From positions 1-42,015 of the IMG/VR virus record IMGVR_UViG_3300049144_000094: a DNA stretch of 42,015 bases; one strand, 5' to 3'. The translations under genes were made by a program, and so were the position numbers. Positions 9,461 through 19,436 of the stretch are shown here, piece by piece (position 1 is the first letter of the stretch; every line of letters begins with the position of its first letter). Under the pieces are notes generated by a model. That model did not search any database. It was given only the letters and a program-made list of their open reading frames with translations, and was not told the origin of the DNA. The DNA comes from a virus. Its lineage: Duplodnaviria > Caudoviricetes.

Positions 9461-9691
9461 ATGGCCGAAGTGCCGGAGAACGACTACCGCACGACGGGTG
9501 TGAGCCCGCAGCCGTTCGTGCACCCGCTCGAAGCGCAGGAGCACGGCTACTCCGGCCGGCTGCCGCACGACGAGGACCCGGAGGCGCACACGGTCGCCGG
9601 GGTGACCGGCGGCACCGCGAACGTCGCGGACAAACCGTCGAGCGCGACCAAGCGCACGCCGGCGAAGCCCGCGACGAAGTCCTCGGACTGA
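9461..9691 (+). CDS. hypothetical head-module protein
   Basis: AAGGGA RBS; 76 aa with a low-complexity K/T/P tail. Confidence 0.6.
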   Translation: MAEVPENDYRTTGVSPQPFVHPLEAQEHGYSGRLPHDEDPEAHTVAGVTGGTANVADKPSSATKRTPAKPATKSSD

Positions 9692-9702
9692 TCCGGAGGC
9701 TC

Positions 9703-10161
9703 GTGGTGGCACCGTGGGCGACCGCACTGGACGTGCAGGCCCGGTACGAGCAGGACATCCCGGAGAACCTGGCCAGTCGGCTCGGCACGAAGCTCGACGA
9801 CGCTCAGACGATCATCGAGAACAAGCTCGGGGACATCCAGGCCGCGATCGACGCCAACCGCACGTCGGCAAAGAACGTGAAGCTGGTGCTCTGCGACATG
9901 GTGATCCGGTGGCTGAGGAACCCGGGCGCGATGGCGGCGGAGAACGTGGGGCCGTTCGGGTACCGCCGCGACCCGAGCATCCGGTCGGGGAAGCTGTACC
10001 TGACCGCTGAGGATCGACAGATGCTCGGGTTGCAGGCGAGCGCGACCACGCTGCCGATGGCCGACGATGCGCTGGAGCATCCGATGCGGCGGCCCGGTCT
10101 ACGCGAGTGGTGGGTGGGGAACCGTCCTCCGCCTGGCTATGACCCGGACTGGGACTGCTGA
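9703..10161 (+). CDS. head-to-tail adaptor
   Basis: WATALDV...VLCDMVIRWLRNPG...ENVGPFGY...LYLT, as in the actinophage adaptor family. Confidence 0.85.
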   Translation: MVAPWATALDVQARYEQDIPENLASRLGTKLDDAQTIIENKLGDIQAAIDANRTSAKNVKLVLCDMVIRWLRNPGAMAAENVGPFGYRRDPSIRSGKLYLTAEDRQMLGLQASATTLPMADDALEHPMRRPGLREWWVGNRPPPGYDPDWDC

Positions 10162-10487
10162 TGTCGCCGTTCGGGATCACCGTCGAGGTCCTCGGCGGCG
10201 AGCGGGACCTCGACGGGGATCTGCAGGACGAGCAAGTTGTCGGCACCATCGCCGGAGCCGCGTTCGCGCCGGGCACATCGACCGAGGACAACGACCGCAA
10301 GGCGCAGGTCGTCACCACCGGCACCTTGTACGTGCCGGCCGGGTCGTTTCCTGTGACTGCTCAGCACCGGATCCGCTTCCCGGGCGGTGTGTTGTGGACG
10401 GTCGACGGAGCACCGGGCGCTTGGAACAGCCCGCTCACGGGCTGGGCCGCCGGCGGCGAGATCCGCCTTCGACGTGTCACGGGATGA
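10161..10487 (+). CDS. head-to-tail stopper
   Basis: TLYVP...HRIR...WTVDG.PGAW.SP.TGW..G.EIRLRRVTG. Confidence 0.85.
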   Translation: MSPFGITVEVLGGERDLDGDLQDEQVVGTIAGAAFAPGTSTEDNDRKAQVVTTGTLYVPAGSFPVTAQHRIRFPGGVLWTVDGAPGAWNSPLTGWAAGGEIRLRRVTG

Positions 10488-10497
10488 GGTGACCGCC

Positions 10498-10788
10498 ATG
10501 GAGTATCAGCCGGATTTCCGGGGTATGGCCGAGTTTCTGCGCGGCCCGGACGCGGCGCGAGTGACGGCGCTCGCAGCCGGCGCCGGGCTGGCCAGGATGC
10601 GAGGCCTCGTCGGGCACGATTCCGGCGAGACCGCGCGTTCGGGGCGGCTGCTGCACGGCACAGGGGGCCGTCGCAGCGACCGCGTCCGGACGACGATCGC
10701 GTTCGACGGTGCCATGGTGCCCCAGCAGTTCGGCAACCAGCGCACCCGCGCGACCCGACCGATGACGCGGGCGTGGGAGCAGATCTGA
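10498..10788 (+). CDS. neck/tail-completion protein
   Basis: GAGGT RBS; conserved slot between stopper and tail terminator. Confidence 0.65.
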   Translation: MEYQPDFRGMAEFLRGPDAARVTALAAGAGLARMRGLVGHDSGETARSGRLLHGTGGRRSDRVRTTIAFDGAMVPQQFGNQRTRATRPMTRAWEQI

Positions 10789-11159
10789 TGAACTTCATCG
10801 ACGTCGAGAAGGCACTCGGCGAGCTCCTCGCCGACCTCGGCGAAGTCGGCACCGCGGTTCCGGCGGATATCCCGGACCCGTACATCTGCGTGCAGCGGGT
10901 ACCGGGCGGCGGCTCGAACAGTCAAGGCTGGCAGGACATCGCGCTCGTCGAAGTCCAAACTTGGGCCAAGACACGGCCCGAGTCGATGGCGTTGAACAAC
11001 ACGATCCGCGCACGCCTCGCCGGGCGCCGCGGCGTCGAAACCACCCTCGGGTTCATCGACCGCATCGTGGAAGCCGGTCCCCCGACCCAGCTTCCGTACG
11101 CGGACGAGGAGATGCGCTGGGTGCCCTCGACCTGGCGAATCACCTCCCGCACCCAGTAA
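10788..11159 (+). CDS. tail terminator
   Basis: FIDVE...PYICVQRVPGG...VEVQTWA; precedes the major tail gene. Confidence 0.8.
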   Translation: MNFIDVEKALGELLADLGEVGTAVPADIPDPYICVQRVPGGGSNSQGWQDIALVEVQTWAKTRPESMALNNTIRARLAGRRGVETTLGFIDRIVEAGPPTQLPYADEEMRWVPSTWRITSRTQ

Positions 11160-11232
11160 CCCTCGAACCCAGGCGCTTTCCTCTGCCGGCCGCTGGTCGG
11201 TGCGTTCACCTGCCCAGAAAGGACCGGAAGCC

Positions 11233-11904
11233 ATGGTGGCTGCCAGTTTCGACACCGTTGCCGACCAGAAGCCCGGCAACATCCGCAAGCCGCTCGCTGG
11301 GACCGTGCTGCTCGGCAAGTTCGCCGCCGCGGACCCCATCACGACGCTGGTCGCACCGTCCGGCCAGATCCTCGTGCCCGAGGACCACGAGTCGTGCGGG
11401 TGGATCTCCGAGGACGGCCTGACGTTCTCCAAGAGCCGCGAGATGTCCGAGGTTCGCGGTTGGGGCTCGGGCACGGTGCTGCGCCGCGACATCCGCAGCG
11501 AGGACAACACGATGCAGTTCGCGGCTCTGGAGGACAAGCGCCTCACGCACGAGCTGCGGTCGAGCCGGGACCTGTCCGGCGCAGCCGGGGAGATGTCTGC
11601 GGACGGCGAGTGGAAGTACGACATGGTCGCGCGGCCGGACGTGATGTGGTGGCGCGCGGTCGCGCTGGGCAAGGACGGCTCCGGCGCGGAAACCTTCTAC
11701 ATGGCCAAGGTCTTCCACAAGATGATGGTCACCGACATGGACGACGAGGCGTGGTCGGACGGGGACGACCCGCTGAAGTTCGGCGTCACCATGGGCGCCG
11801 TCCCGGACGACGTGCTGGGCACGCTCGGTACCGAGTTCATTTTCGGCCCGGGTGCGCTGGCGGCGGCTGTGGCCATGGGCCTGACGGTCGCGGTCGGCCC
11901 CTGA
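11233..11904 (+). CDS. major tail (tube) protein
   Basis: GWISEDGLTF...EVRGWG...LRRDI...MQFAALE. Confidence 0.88.
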   Translation: MVAASFDTVADQKPGNIRKPLAGTVLLGKFAAADPITTLVAPSGQILVPEDHESCGWISEDGLTFSKSREMSEVRGWGSGTVLRRDIRSEDNTMQFAALEDKRLTHELRSSRDLSGAAGEMSADGEWKYDMVARPDVMWWRAVALGKDGSGAETFYMAKVFHKMMVTDMDDEAWSDGDDPLKFGVTMGAVPDDVLGTLGTEFIFGPGALAAAVAMGLTVAVGP

Positions 11905-11906
11905 TC

Positions 11907-11951
11907 GTGAGCGGGCGGCAGGTCACGTCTGGGTGCTTGCCGCCCGTTCAC
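11907..11951 (+). terminator. stem-loop after major tail gene
   Basis: GTGAGCGGGCGGCAGG...CTTGCCGCCCGTTCAC inverted repeat with GU pairs. Confidence 0.6.
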
Positions 11952-11994
11952 CTTCACCTCACCCAGACGCCGTCACACCTCCAGGGAGTTCGTC

Positions 11995-12303
11995 ATGCCC
12001 GATGTCCGTTTGAAGGCCCCGAACAGCGATTTCGTCGCGGTGACTGGATCGCCGATGGAGGCCGCGCAGCTTCGCGCCCGTGGCTACACCGACGTCGCCG
12101 ACGAGCCGACCAGCGAGACTCCACAGTCGAGCGTGAACGCGCCCGGTGCGCCGAGCGGCGACGCCGGCGCGACCGCCGGCGGCACGAGCACGCCCACAGG
12201 CGCCGAAGGCAGCGCCGGCGACGCCAGTGAATCCGCCACCGGCGACGCTCCGACCACCAGCAGTAAGCCCGCCAGCGGCAAGGCCGGCGGCGCCCGCCGC
12301 TGA
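11995..12303 (+). CDS. hypothetical protein with low-complexity tail
   Basis: GGGAG RBS; short folded N-terminus followed by an S/T/A/G-rich region. Confidence 0.65.
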   Translation: MPDVRLKAPNSDFVAVTGSPMEAAQLRARGYTDVADEPTSETPQSSVNAPGAPSGDAGATAGGTSTPTGAEGSAGDASESATGDAPTTSSKPASGKAGGARR

Positions 12304-12344
12304 CCCACCGATCCGCCGTCCAACCCAGACACCCAGGAGACCCG

Positions 12345-12653
12345 ATGCGCCGGTCCTCGCGCCACTACAAGAGGGAAGCCACCCGCGAGCCGTTCGAGCT
12401 CGAGCTCGACGACCCGATCGAAGGCGGCCCGACCTTCGTCACGTTCCTCGACCCGAACCGACTGAAGTCCGAGTCGGCGTTCGACATCGCCCGTATGAAC
12501 GACGCCGAGCTGAGCATCCGCTCCCTGCTCTCCGAAGAGGACTACCCGGCGTTCTGGGCCGAGTGGCGCGAAAAGCCCATCGAAGAACTCAACGACCTGC
12601 TCGAAGACGTCCAGAAGCACTACGGGTCCGACCCAAAAAAGCTGCCGAGGTAG
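12345..12653 (+). CDS. tail assembly chaperone (gpG-like)
   Basis: AGGAG RBS; position before the tape measure gene; ends at a slippery site. Confidence 0.85.
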   Translation: MRRSSRHYKREATREPFELELDDPIEGGPTFVTFLDPNRLKSESAFDIARMNDAELSIRSLLSEEDYPAFWAEWREKPIEELNDLLEDVQKHYGSDPKKLPR

Positions 12654-13126
12654 CCGACGTCCTCGACCGCTACGGCGACGCAGTCGAACTCGACCTCGCG
12701 TTCAACACCTCCTACCGACTCCGGGACTTCTTCGACGGCACCGAAGTTCCCAACACGCTCGCCAACCTCGTCGGGGCCTTCTCCCGCATCGAAACATCGT
12801 TCCTGGCCGAAGCGATCGCGCTCGACATCGAGCTGTACGAGGCCACAAAGGACCGCAAGGGCCAACGTCGCACGTCGCCGTCGCTGATCGGCGAAACCCG
12901 CACGGTGTCCATCCTCAAGGGCATCCACGAGGAACTGCAGAAGATCGCGTTCTACGGCACGCAGCGGAAGGGCAAGCCGAAGGTCGTGCGGCTGCCGCGA
13001 CCGAAGACCGCCGCTGACATCGCTGCCCGCCGCCGGGCCTACGAGACCCACCTGGAGATCGAGGCCGCGATCACGTACGTGTCGCGCGACGAATTCAACC
13101 GAGCGGTCGCCGAGCACGGGAGGTGA
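12345..13126 (+). CDS. tail assembly chaperone, -1 frameshift product (gpGT-like)
   Basis: GAC CCA AAA AAG at 12630-12641; the -1 frame stays open to 13126 (..KAAEVADVLDRYGDAVELDL..) and has no evident start of its own. Confidence 0.85.
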
Positions 13127-13132
13127 TCCGCC

Positions 13133-16100
13133 GTGGCTGGTTCCTACCATGCTGGCACCGCCCTGCTGGACGTCCTACCGTCGCTGAAGAACTTCCACTC
13201 GAAGATCCGGTCCGAGTTGAAGTCCGTCAACCCGACAATGCCGGTCGCGGTGACGCCGAACATGAAGGGGTTCCAGCAGAAGCTCCGCGCCGGCGTCGGC
13301 AAGGCACCGACCGTGCAGGTGAAGATCGAGGCCAACAAGGCGGCGCTGGCGAAAGCCGAAGCCGCAGTGACGGCGTCGGAGAAGCGGATGCAGGCCGCGC
13401 GCGACGCGTCAAAGGACGCCGTCGCGCGGGTCGACATTGCGGAGAAGCAGCTGTCGGAGACCCGCGCGAAGTCGTCGGCGAAGGCCAGCCAGATCGCGGC
13501 GGCCGAGCTGAAGCTGGCCCAAGCCAAGCGAGCGTCCGCGGCGGCGTCGAACGACGCCCGCAGCGCCGACGCTGCCCTGGCCGGGGCTCGCGCGTCCGTG
13601 CGGGACGCGCAGATCAAGCTCCGCACCGACGTCGACACGACCGGCATGGCGGCGAAGCTACAGGCGTTCGCGTCGCGGGCCGGCCGCCAGTACGCGATCA
13701 ACCTCGGCGTCGACGCCGACACCACCGCTGCGCGGGCGTCGCTCGAGGCGTTCGCGCTCACCGCGAAGCGCGCGGCATCGGTGACGGGAAACGTCGACAT
13801 CGACACTGGCGTGGCCCTCACGAAGCTGGCGGTGCTGTCCGGCGCTGGCGCCGCAGTCGGGTTCGCGATCGGTGGCGGCATCGGGGTGGCCGGTGCCGCC
13901 ATCGCGGGAATTCCGACGCTCGTCGCGGCCGCGCTCGGCCCGATCGCGGCGCTCACGGCCGGACTGCAGGGCGTCGGGGACGCGCTGACGGCGTTCTCCG
14001 ACTTTCAGGATCAGGCCGCGACGAGCGCGACCGCGAACGCGAAGGCCCAGACGTCGGCTGCCCGGCAAATCGCCTCGGCCCAGCAGCAGCTGCAGCAGGC
14101 CATAGTCGCGCGCGGCCGCGCCCAGCAGGACGCCGAGTGGGCCGCCGCGGCATCGACTCGGCAGGTCGAGGACGCCGAGCGGTCGTTGATACGGGCGCAG
14201 CAGCAGCGGCTGAAGGCTCAGCAGGACCTTACGGCCGCGGTCGAAGCGGCCCGCCGGGCGCAGCAGGACCTGGCGTTCCAGGTCGAGGGCGGCGTGCTCG
14301 CCGAGCAACAGGCCGTGCTTGACCTCTCGGACGCACAGCGGCAGCTGGCGACCGCGCGGGACCAGGGTGTCGACGGCGAGGCGCTCGAGCGGTTGACGCT
14401 GGCGTACCAGGAACAGGAACTGTCGCTGCGGCAGATCCGCGCCCAGAACAAGAACCTCACCGCTGACAAGGCCGCATCGGACCAGGCCGGCATCCAGGGG
14501 TCGGCGCAGGTGGTCGCCGCGCAGGACCAGGTCGCGGCTTCGAACGAGCAGGTCGCCGCCGCGGCCCGGGACGTGCAGGACGCGCAGACCGCGGCCGCGC
14601 AGCAGCAGATCCAGTCGCAGCGCGCGATCTCCGACGCACAGCAGTCGGTGTTGCAGGCGCAGTTGCAGCTGAACCAGGCCTACCAGGACTCCGGCACCGT
14701 CGGTTCGGCGGCTGCGGACAAGGTCTCGGCGGCGATGGCGAAGCTCACGCCGGAGGCGCAGGCATTCGTCCTCGCGGTCCAGGCGCTGAAGCCCGCGTTC
14801 GCCGAGGTGACTGGGCAGGTGCAGTCCGCCCTGTTCGCTGGGATGGGCCCGGCCTTCACGCAGTTCGCGAACGCGGTGCTGCCGTCGGTGGCGATGAACC
14901 TGTCGGCCGTGGCGGGGGCGATCAACCAGGTCACGCAGCGGCTGTTCGTGTTCCTCGCGTCGGGGCCGGTGCTGGCGCAGATGCAGGCGCTGTTCGCTGC
15001 GATCGCGGCCGCGATCATTCAGGCCCAGCCCGCGATTCAGGTGTTCATCCAGCTGTTCCTGCAACTCGCGGCGGCGGCGATCCCCGCGATCTCGCAGCTG
15101 GTGACGGCGCTGGCGACCGTGGCGGCCGCGATCATGGCCGCGCTGCAGCCGCTGATCGACTCGGGTGCGTTCGCGGCGGCGTTCGGGCAGATCGCGCAGC
15201 TGATCACCGCGCTCGGCCCGCCGATCGGGATCGTCCTGTCCTTCGCGATCCAGCTGATGAACGCGCTCGGCCCCTCGCTGGTCGCGGTGGTGACGTCGTT
15301 GACGCCCGTGCTGCAGGTGCTGTCGGACACGCTGCTGATGATGGCGCCGTTCGTCGGGATGATCGCGCAGATGCTGGCGTCGGCGCTGCTGCCGGTGTTC
15401 CAGGCTTTGCAGCCGGTGATCGCCGCATTGTTGCCGGTGCTGACGCAGCTGATCGGGTCGGCGCTGGCGATCGCGGTGCCGATCATCCAGCAGCTCGCGA
15501 CGGTGGCGCAGGCGCTTGTGCCGGTCCTCTCGATGGTCGGCGGCATGTTCGTGCAGATCTGGGGCGCGGTGATGCCGCTGATCCAGGCCTTGGCCGGCGG
15601 GCTCGTCGGCGTGCTCACGGCGCTGACGCCGGTGTTCAACCAGATCATGCAGGCCGTGGTGCCGCTGGTCGCGCAGCTCGCCCAGCAACTCGCGCCGATT
15701 CTCGGCCAGGTCGCGATGGTGATCGCGCAGGTTCTGACTACGGCGCTCACGACCCTGACCCCGTTCCTGTCGACCCTGGTGCAGATCATCGCGCAGGTCA
15801 TCACCACGGTGGCGCCGTTCATCCCGATCGTCCTGCAGGTCGCAGGCGCCTTGCTGAATGCGCTGCTGCCGGTGCTCCCCACCGTCGCGGACCTGCTCCT
15901 CACCCTGCTCGACGCGGTACTGCCGATCTTGCCGCCCCTGCTCACGCTCGCGACCACGATCATCCCGTTGATCACGGACGTGATCAGCACCTTGATGCCG
16001 ATCATCACGACGCTCGCGCAGATCCTGGTCGGCGTACTCGCCGTGAGCCTCCAGACCGTCGTTGTCCCGATCCTCACCCTCCTGATCAACATCGTGACCG

Positions 16101-18487
16101 CGGTCATCGACGTGATCAAGCTCCTCTGGGACGCCGCCGTGAAGCCCGTGTTCGACGCCATCAGCTCGGCGATCCAGTGGGCGTGGCAGAAGGTCATCCA
16201 GCCGACGTTCGCCAGCATCGGCGAAGCAACCGAACGCGTGTCCGACTTCTTCACCAGGATGGGCGACAAGATCGGCGGGATCTGGGACGGCATCAAGAAG
16301 ATCGTCCACGGCGGCATCCAAGGCATCGTCGACATCGTCTACAACAACGGCATCCGCGCCCTCGCCAACGCCGTGATCAAGTACATCCCCGGTGTCGACT
16401 ACTTGCCCGAACTGAAGGTCCCGGACTTCGCCACCGGCGGCCGGGTCTCAGGCCCCGGCAGCGGCCGAAGCGACGACATCCCCGCGATGCTGTCCAACGG
16501 CGAGTTCGTCGTGACCGCCCTCGCGACCTCCAAGTACCTGCCGCTGCTTGAGGCGATGAACGCGAACCGGTTCGCGGACGGCGGCCTCGCAGCGGCGGTG
16601 CCGGCTTCTGCCCCGGCGGCGGCTGCCGGCGCGATCGCGGCGAGCCTCGTGGTCGATCCGGCTGTGTTCGCCGCGCTCGGCAAGGCAGCTGCTGAGGTGC
16701 GGGACACGCTCGAGGCCCTGGCGGCGTCGATCACAGCCGTGGAGAACCCCGCGCTCGCAGCGATGGGCGCGGCCACCGTGATGCTCGCGGCCACGACCGT
16801 GACGCAGGTCGACGTCATGGCCGGCCGATGGACGCTATTCCAGCAGCAGCACGCGGCCGTGTGGGCCGCGCTCACCGCCTCGGTCGCCGCGTCCACGGCG
16901 TCGCAAGGCAGCTACTTCGCGACGCTGGCGAACGGCATGGCGAACCTGCGAACGGCGATGACCCTTACCGCCGACTGGGCCACCAGCCAATACGCGCGGA
17001 TGCGTGGTGCGGCCGCGGACCCGGTCCGCTGGGTCCTGGCGAATCCGTTCAACGCCGGCCTGATCGCCGCGTGGAACCGCTTGAACGGCGACTTCAACCT
17101 CGGCAAGGCGATCGCGCCGGTCGCGATCCCGTTCGCGGTCGGCGGCCGCGTGTCCGGCGCCGGCACAGGGACATCGGATTCGATCCCGGCTCTGCTGTCG
17201 AACGGCGAGTTTGTGGTGCGCGAGGCGATCGCCCGCCAGGCGATGCCGTTCCTGCAGGCCCTCAACGCCGGGCAGGCCGAGGCGCTGCAGGCGACCGGGG
17301 CGCGGCGGTACGCGTCCGGCGGCATCGTCGCGGACACCGGGTCGCAGCTGAACGCGGCGGTGACCCGGGCATCGGTGTTCGCGATGCAGCAGGACGGCAA
17401 GCCTTACGTGTGGGGCGGTGTTGGCCCTGGCGGATTCGACTGCTCCGGCCTGATGTCGGCGATCACGAACACGCTGCGCGGCGAGAGCAACCCGTACCGG
17501 CGGGTCGGCACCGCGGCATCGGCGCCGTGGCCCGGATTCGTGACCGGCCTCTCGACCGGGTTCGCGATGGGCTCGAGCAGCGGGCACACGGCCGGGACGC
17601 TCGGCGGGGTCAACGTCGAGGCGACCGGCACCCACGTCCGCTACGGCAAGGACGCGCACGGCGCCGACGACAGGCAGTTCCCGACGCGGTCGTCGCTGCC
17701 GCTGGCCGGCGGGACGTTCGTGCCGGGCGGCGGCGGAGCTCTCGATCTGTCGCAGATCATCGGGTCGGCGTTCGCCGACACCTACCGGATGATCGGCCAG
17801 ATCGCGACGCTGTACGCCGCGAACATGATGGCCGACCAGGCTGGCGGAGTCGCGACGGCGGCGACGGACGCTGTGAAGGGCGCTGCCCTGTCGAAGATTT
17901 CTGCGCTGGCGGCGGTGTCGTCGGTTGCTGGGTCGCCAGAGGTGGTCGCGGCGGTCCGCGCGGTCGCCGCGACGTTCGGATGGGGATCCGGGCCCGAGTG
18001 GGATGCGCTGTCGTCGTTGATCTCCGGCGAGTCGTCGTGGAACCCCGCGATCAAGAACCCGTCCACCAGCGCGACCGGCCTGTTCCAGAAGATGACCTCG
18101 ATCCACGGCCCGATCGAGCCGACCGTCGGTGGCCAGGCGCAGTGGGGCCTGAACTACATCCGCTCCCGGTACGGCGATCCGATCAGCGCCTACCGGGCGT
18201 GGCTGTCCCGGTCTCCGCACTGGTACCACGTCGGCGGCATCGCGCCGGGCAGTGGCGATGTCCCTGCGGTGCTACAGGGCGGCGAGCGTGTCCTGACGGT
18301 GCAGCAGACCCGCGCGTTCGACCGGCTGGTGGCGTCGATCGGAGCGAACGGTGTCGAACGTGCAACCACGACAACCGAGCAGCGCAGCGGGGACACCTAC
18401 AACATCTACCCCCGGGAGAACCAGGACGAGGCCGCGATCGGAGCGGAAGTCAGCCGCCGGCAGGCCTTCAAAGCCCGGATCGCCTGA
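13133..18487 (+). CDS. tape measure protein with NlpC/P60 and SLT domains
   Basis: 1784 aa; Ala/Gln-rich coiled coil and Pro-periodic amphipathic repeats; GKPYVWGG..FDCSG and ESSWNP..ATGLFQ..YIRSRYG motifs. Confidence 0.95.
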   Translation: MAGSYHAGTALLDVLPSLKNFHSKIRSELKSVNPTMPVAVTPNMKGFQQKLRAGVGKAPTVQVKIEANKAALAKAEAAVTASEKRMQAARDASKDAVARVDIAEKQLSETRAKSSAKASQIAAAELKLAQAKRASAAASNDARSADAALAGARASVRDAQIKLRTDVDTTGMAAKLQAFASRAGRQYAINLGVDADTTAARASLEAFALTAKRAASVTGNVDIDTGVALTKLAVLSGAGAAVGFAIGGGIGVAGAAIAGIPTLVAAALGPIAALTAGLQGVGDALTAFSDFQDQAATSATANAKAQTSAARQIASAQQQLQQAIVARGRAQQDAEWAAAASTRQVEDAERSLIRAQQQRLKAQQDLTAAVEAARRAQQDLAFQVEGGVLAEQQAVLDLSDAQRQLATARDQGVDGEALERLTLAYQEQELSLRQIRAQNKNLTADKAASDQAGIQGSAQVVAAQDQVAASNEQVAAAARDVQDAQTAAAQQQIQSQRAISDAQQSVLQAQLQLNQAYQDSGTVGSAAADKVSAAMAKLTPEAQAFVLAVQALKPAFAEVTGQVQSALFAGMGPAFTQFANAVLPSVAMNLSAVAGAINQVTQRLFVFLASGPVLAQMQALFAAIAAAIIQAQPAIQVFIQLFLQLAAAAIPAISQLVTALATVAAAIMAALQPLIDSGAFAAAFGQIAQLITALGPPIGIVLSFAIQLMNALGPSLVAVVTSLTPVLQVLSDTLLMMAPFVGMIAQMLASALLPVFQALQPVIAALLPVLTQLIGSALAIAVPIIQQLATVAQALVPVLSMVGGMFVQIWGAVMPLIQALAGGLVGVLTALTPVFNQIMQAVVPLVAQLAQQLAPILGQVAMVIAQVLTTALTTLTPFLSTLVQIIAQVITTVAPFIPIVLQVAGALLNALLPVLPTVADLLLTLLDAVLPILPPLLTLATTIIPLITDVISTLMPIITTLAQILVGVLAVSLQTVVVPILTLLINIVTAVIDVIKLLWDAAVKPVFDAISSAIQWAWQKVIQPTFASIGEATERVSDFFTRMGDKIGGIWDGIKKIVHGGIQGIVDIVYNNGIRALANAVIKYIPGVDYLPELKVPDFATGGRVSGPGSGRSDDIPAMLSNGEFVVTALATSKYLPLLEAMNANRFADGGLAAAVPASAPAAAAGAIAASLVVDPAVFAALGKAAAEVRDTLEALAASITAVENPALAAMGAATVMLAATTVTQVDVMAGRWTLFQQQHAAVWAALTASVAASTASQGSYFATLANGMANLRTAMTLTADWATSQYARMRGAAADPVRWVLANPFNAGLIAAWNRLNGDFNLGKAIAPVAIPFAVGGRVSGAGTGTSDSIPALLSNGEFVVREAIARQAMPFLQALNAGQAEALQATGARRYASGGIVADTGSQLNAAVTRASVFAMQQDGKPYVWGGVGPGGFDCSGLMSAITNTLRGESNPYRRVGTAASAPWPGFVTGLSTGFAMGSSSGHTAGTLGGVNVEATGTHVRYGKDAHGADDRQFPTRSSLPLAGGTFVPGGGGALDLSQIIGSAFADTYRMIGQIATLYAANMMADQAGGVATAATDAVKGAALSKISALAAVSSVAGSPEVVAAVRAVAATFGWGSGPEWDALSSLISGESSWNPAIKNPSTSATGLFQKMTSIHGPIEPTVGGQAQWGLNYIRSRYGDPISAYRAWLSRSPHWYHVGGIAPGSGDVPAVLQGGERVLTVQQTRAFDRLVASIGANGVERATTTTEQRSGDTYNIYPRENQDEAAIGAEVSRRQAFKARIA

Positions 18488-18505
18488 ACCGTGGAGGTGT
18501 GCTGA

Positions 18506-19426
18506 ATGCCGCCGGTGCACGCGCCTCCCGTGTGGACGATCGATGGATTCACTCTCAACGGTGAACCCGACGTCGATGGCATTACCTGGATCGGCGATGA
18601 GGACAGCGAACCGCTCTCTGCGGCCGCGCCGACCTCGACGTTCGCGCCGAAGTACCAGCGGCACGGGTCGTTCTGGCTGCCGGGGTTCGTCGAGCGCGGC
18701 AAAGCGTCCTTCACGATCCGCGGCTACGCGCGCCGCGACGACTGGGCGGCCCTACGTCGCGCGCAACTGCGGCTGCTGGCGATCTGCCAAGACCAGACGA
18801 AGCTGTACCCGCTGGTGTTCAAGTCGGAGGTCGGGAACCTCGTCCAGTACGTCACCCGCGAAGACGACATCCTGATCAAGGATGTCGCCGCCGAGGTTCC
18901 CGCGTTCATGGCCAGCGTCGGCTTCACTGCCCCTGACCCGCGGCGCTACGACGAAAACTGGACCACGCTGACCACCGGCGTGCCGCAGGGCTCGATCACC
19001 GGCCTCGACTTCTCCGCTGGGTCCGGCGCCGGACTCGACTTCGACGCTGGGTCCGGCGCCGGCCTGGACTTCGGGCCCGCCGGTACCGCGGGAACGATCG
19101 TGCTCGACAACACCCGCGGGCTCGCGCCGACCGCCCCCATCCTCACCCTCACCGGGCCGCTCACCACACCGGTACTGACCGTCGCCGGTGGCAGCATCAA
19201 GTACAACGCCACTTTGGCCGTCGGCGACTACGTGGTGATCAGCCCCGAAGACCCCAGTGTCCTTTTCGGAGCGGCCGCAACACCACGCGGCCACCTGGCG
19301 AACCCGGCGAACTGGGACGCCTTCACCGTCCCGCCTGGCGGCAGTCTCTCGATCGGCTTGTCGCACTCAGGGCCATCCACCGATCTCGGCACGCTGACCG
19401 CGCGGTTCCGCGCGGCTTACTGGTAA
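18506..19426 (+). CDS. distal tail (Dit-like) minor tail protein
   Basis: First gene after the tape measure; FTAPDPRRY and C-terminal FRAAYW pattern. Confidence 0.8.
   Translation: MPPVHAPPVWTIDGFTLNGEPDVDGITWIGDEDSEPLSAAAPTSTFAPKYQRHGSFWLPGFVERGKASFTIRGYARRDDWAALRRAQLRLLAICQDQTKLYPLVFKSEVGNLVQYVTREDDILIKDVAAEVPAFMASVGFTAPDPRRYDENWTTLTTGVPQGSITGLDFSAGSGAGLDFDAGSGAGLDFGPAGTAGTIVLDNTRGLAPTAPILTLTGPLTTPVLTVAGGSIKYNATLAVGDYVVISPEDPSVLFGAAATPRGHLANPANWDAFTVPPGGSLSIGLSHSGPSTDLGTLTARFRAAYW
19001..19072 (+). repeat. 30-bp in-frame tandem repeat (GLDFxAGSGA, ~2.4 copies)
   Basis: ggcctcgacttctccgctgggtccggcgcc / ggactcgacttcgacgctgggtccggcgcc / ggcctggacttc. Confidence 0.85.
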
Positions 19427-19436
19427 AGGGGGGCGA

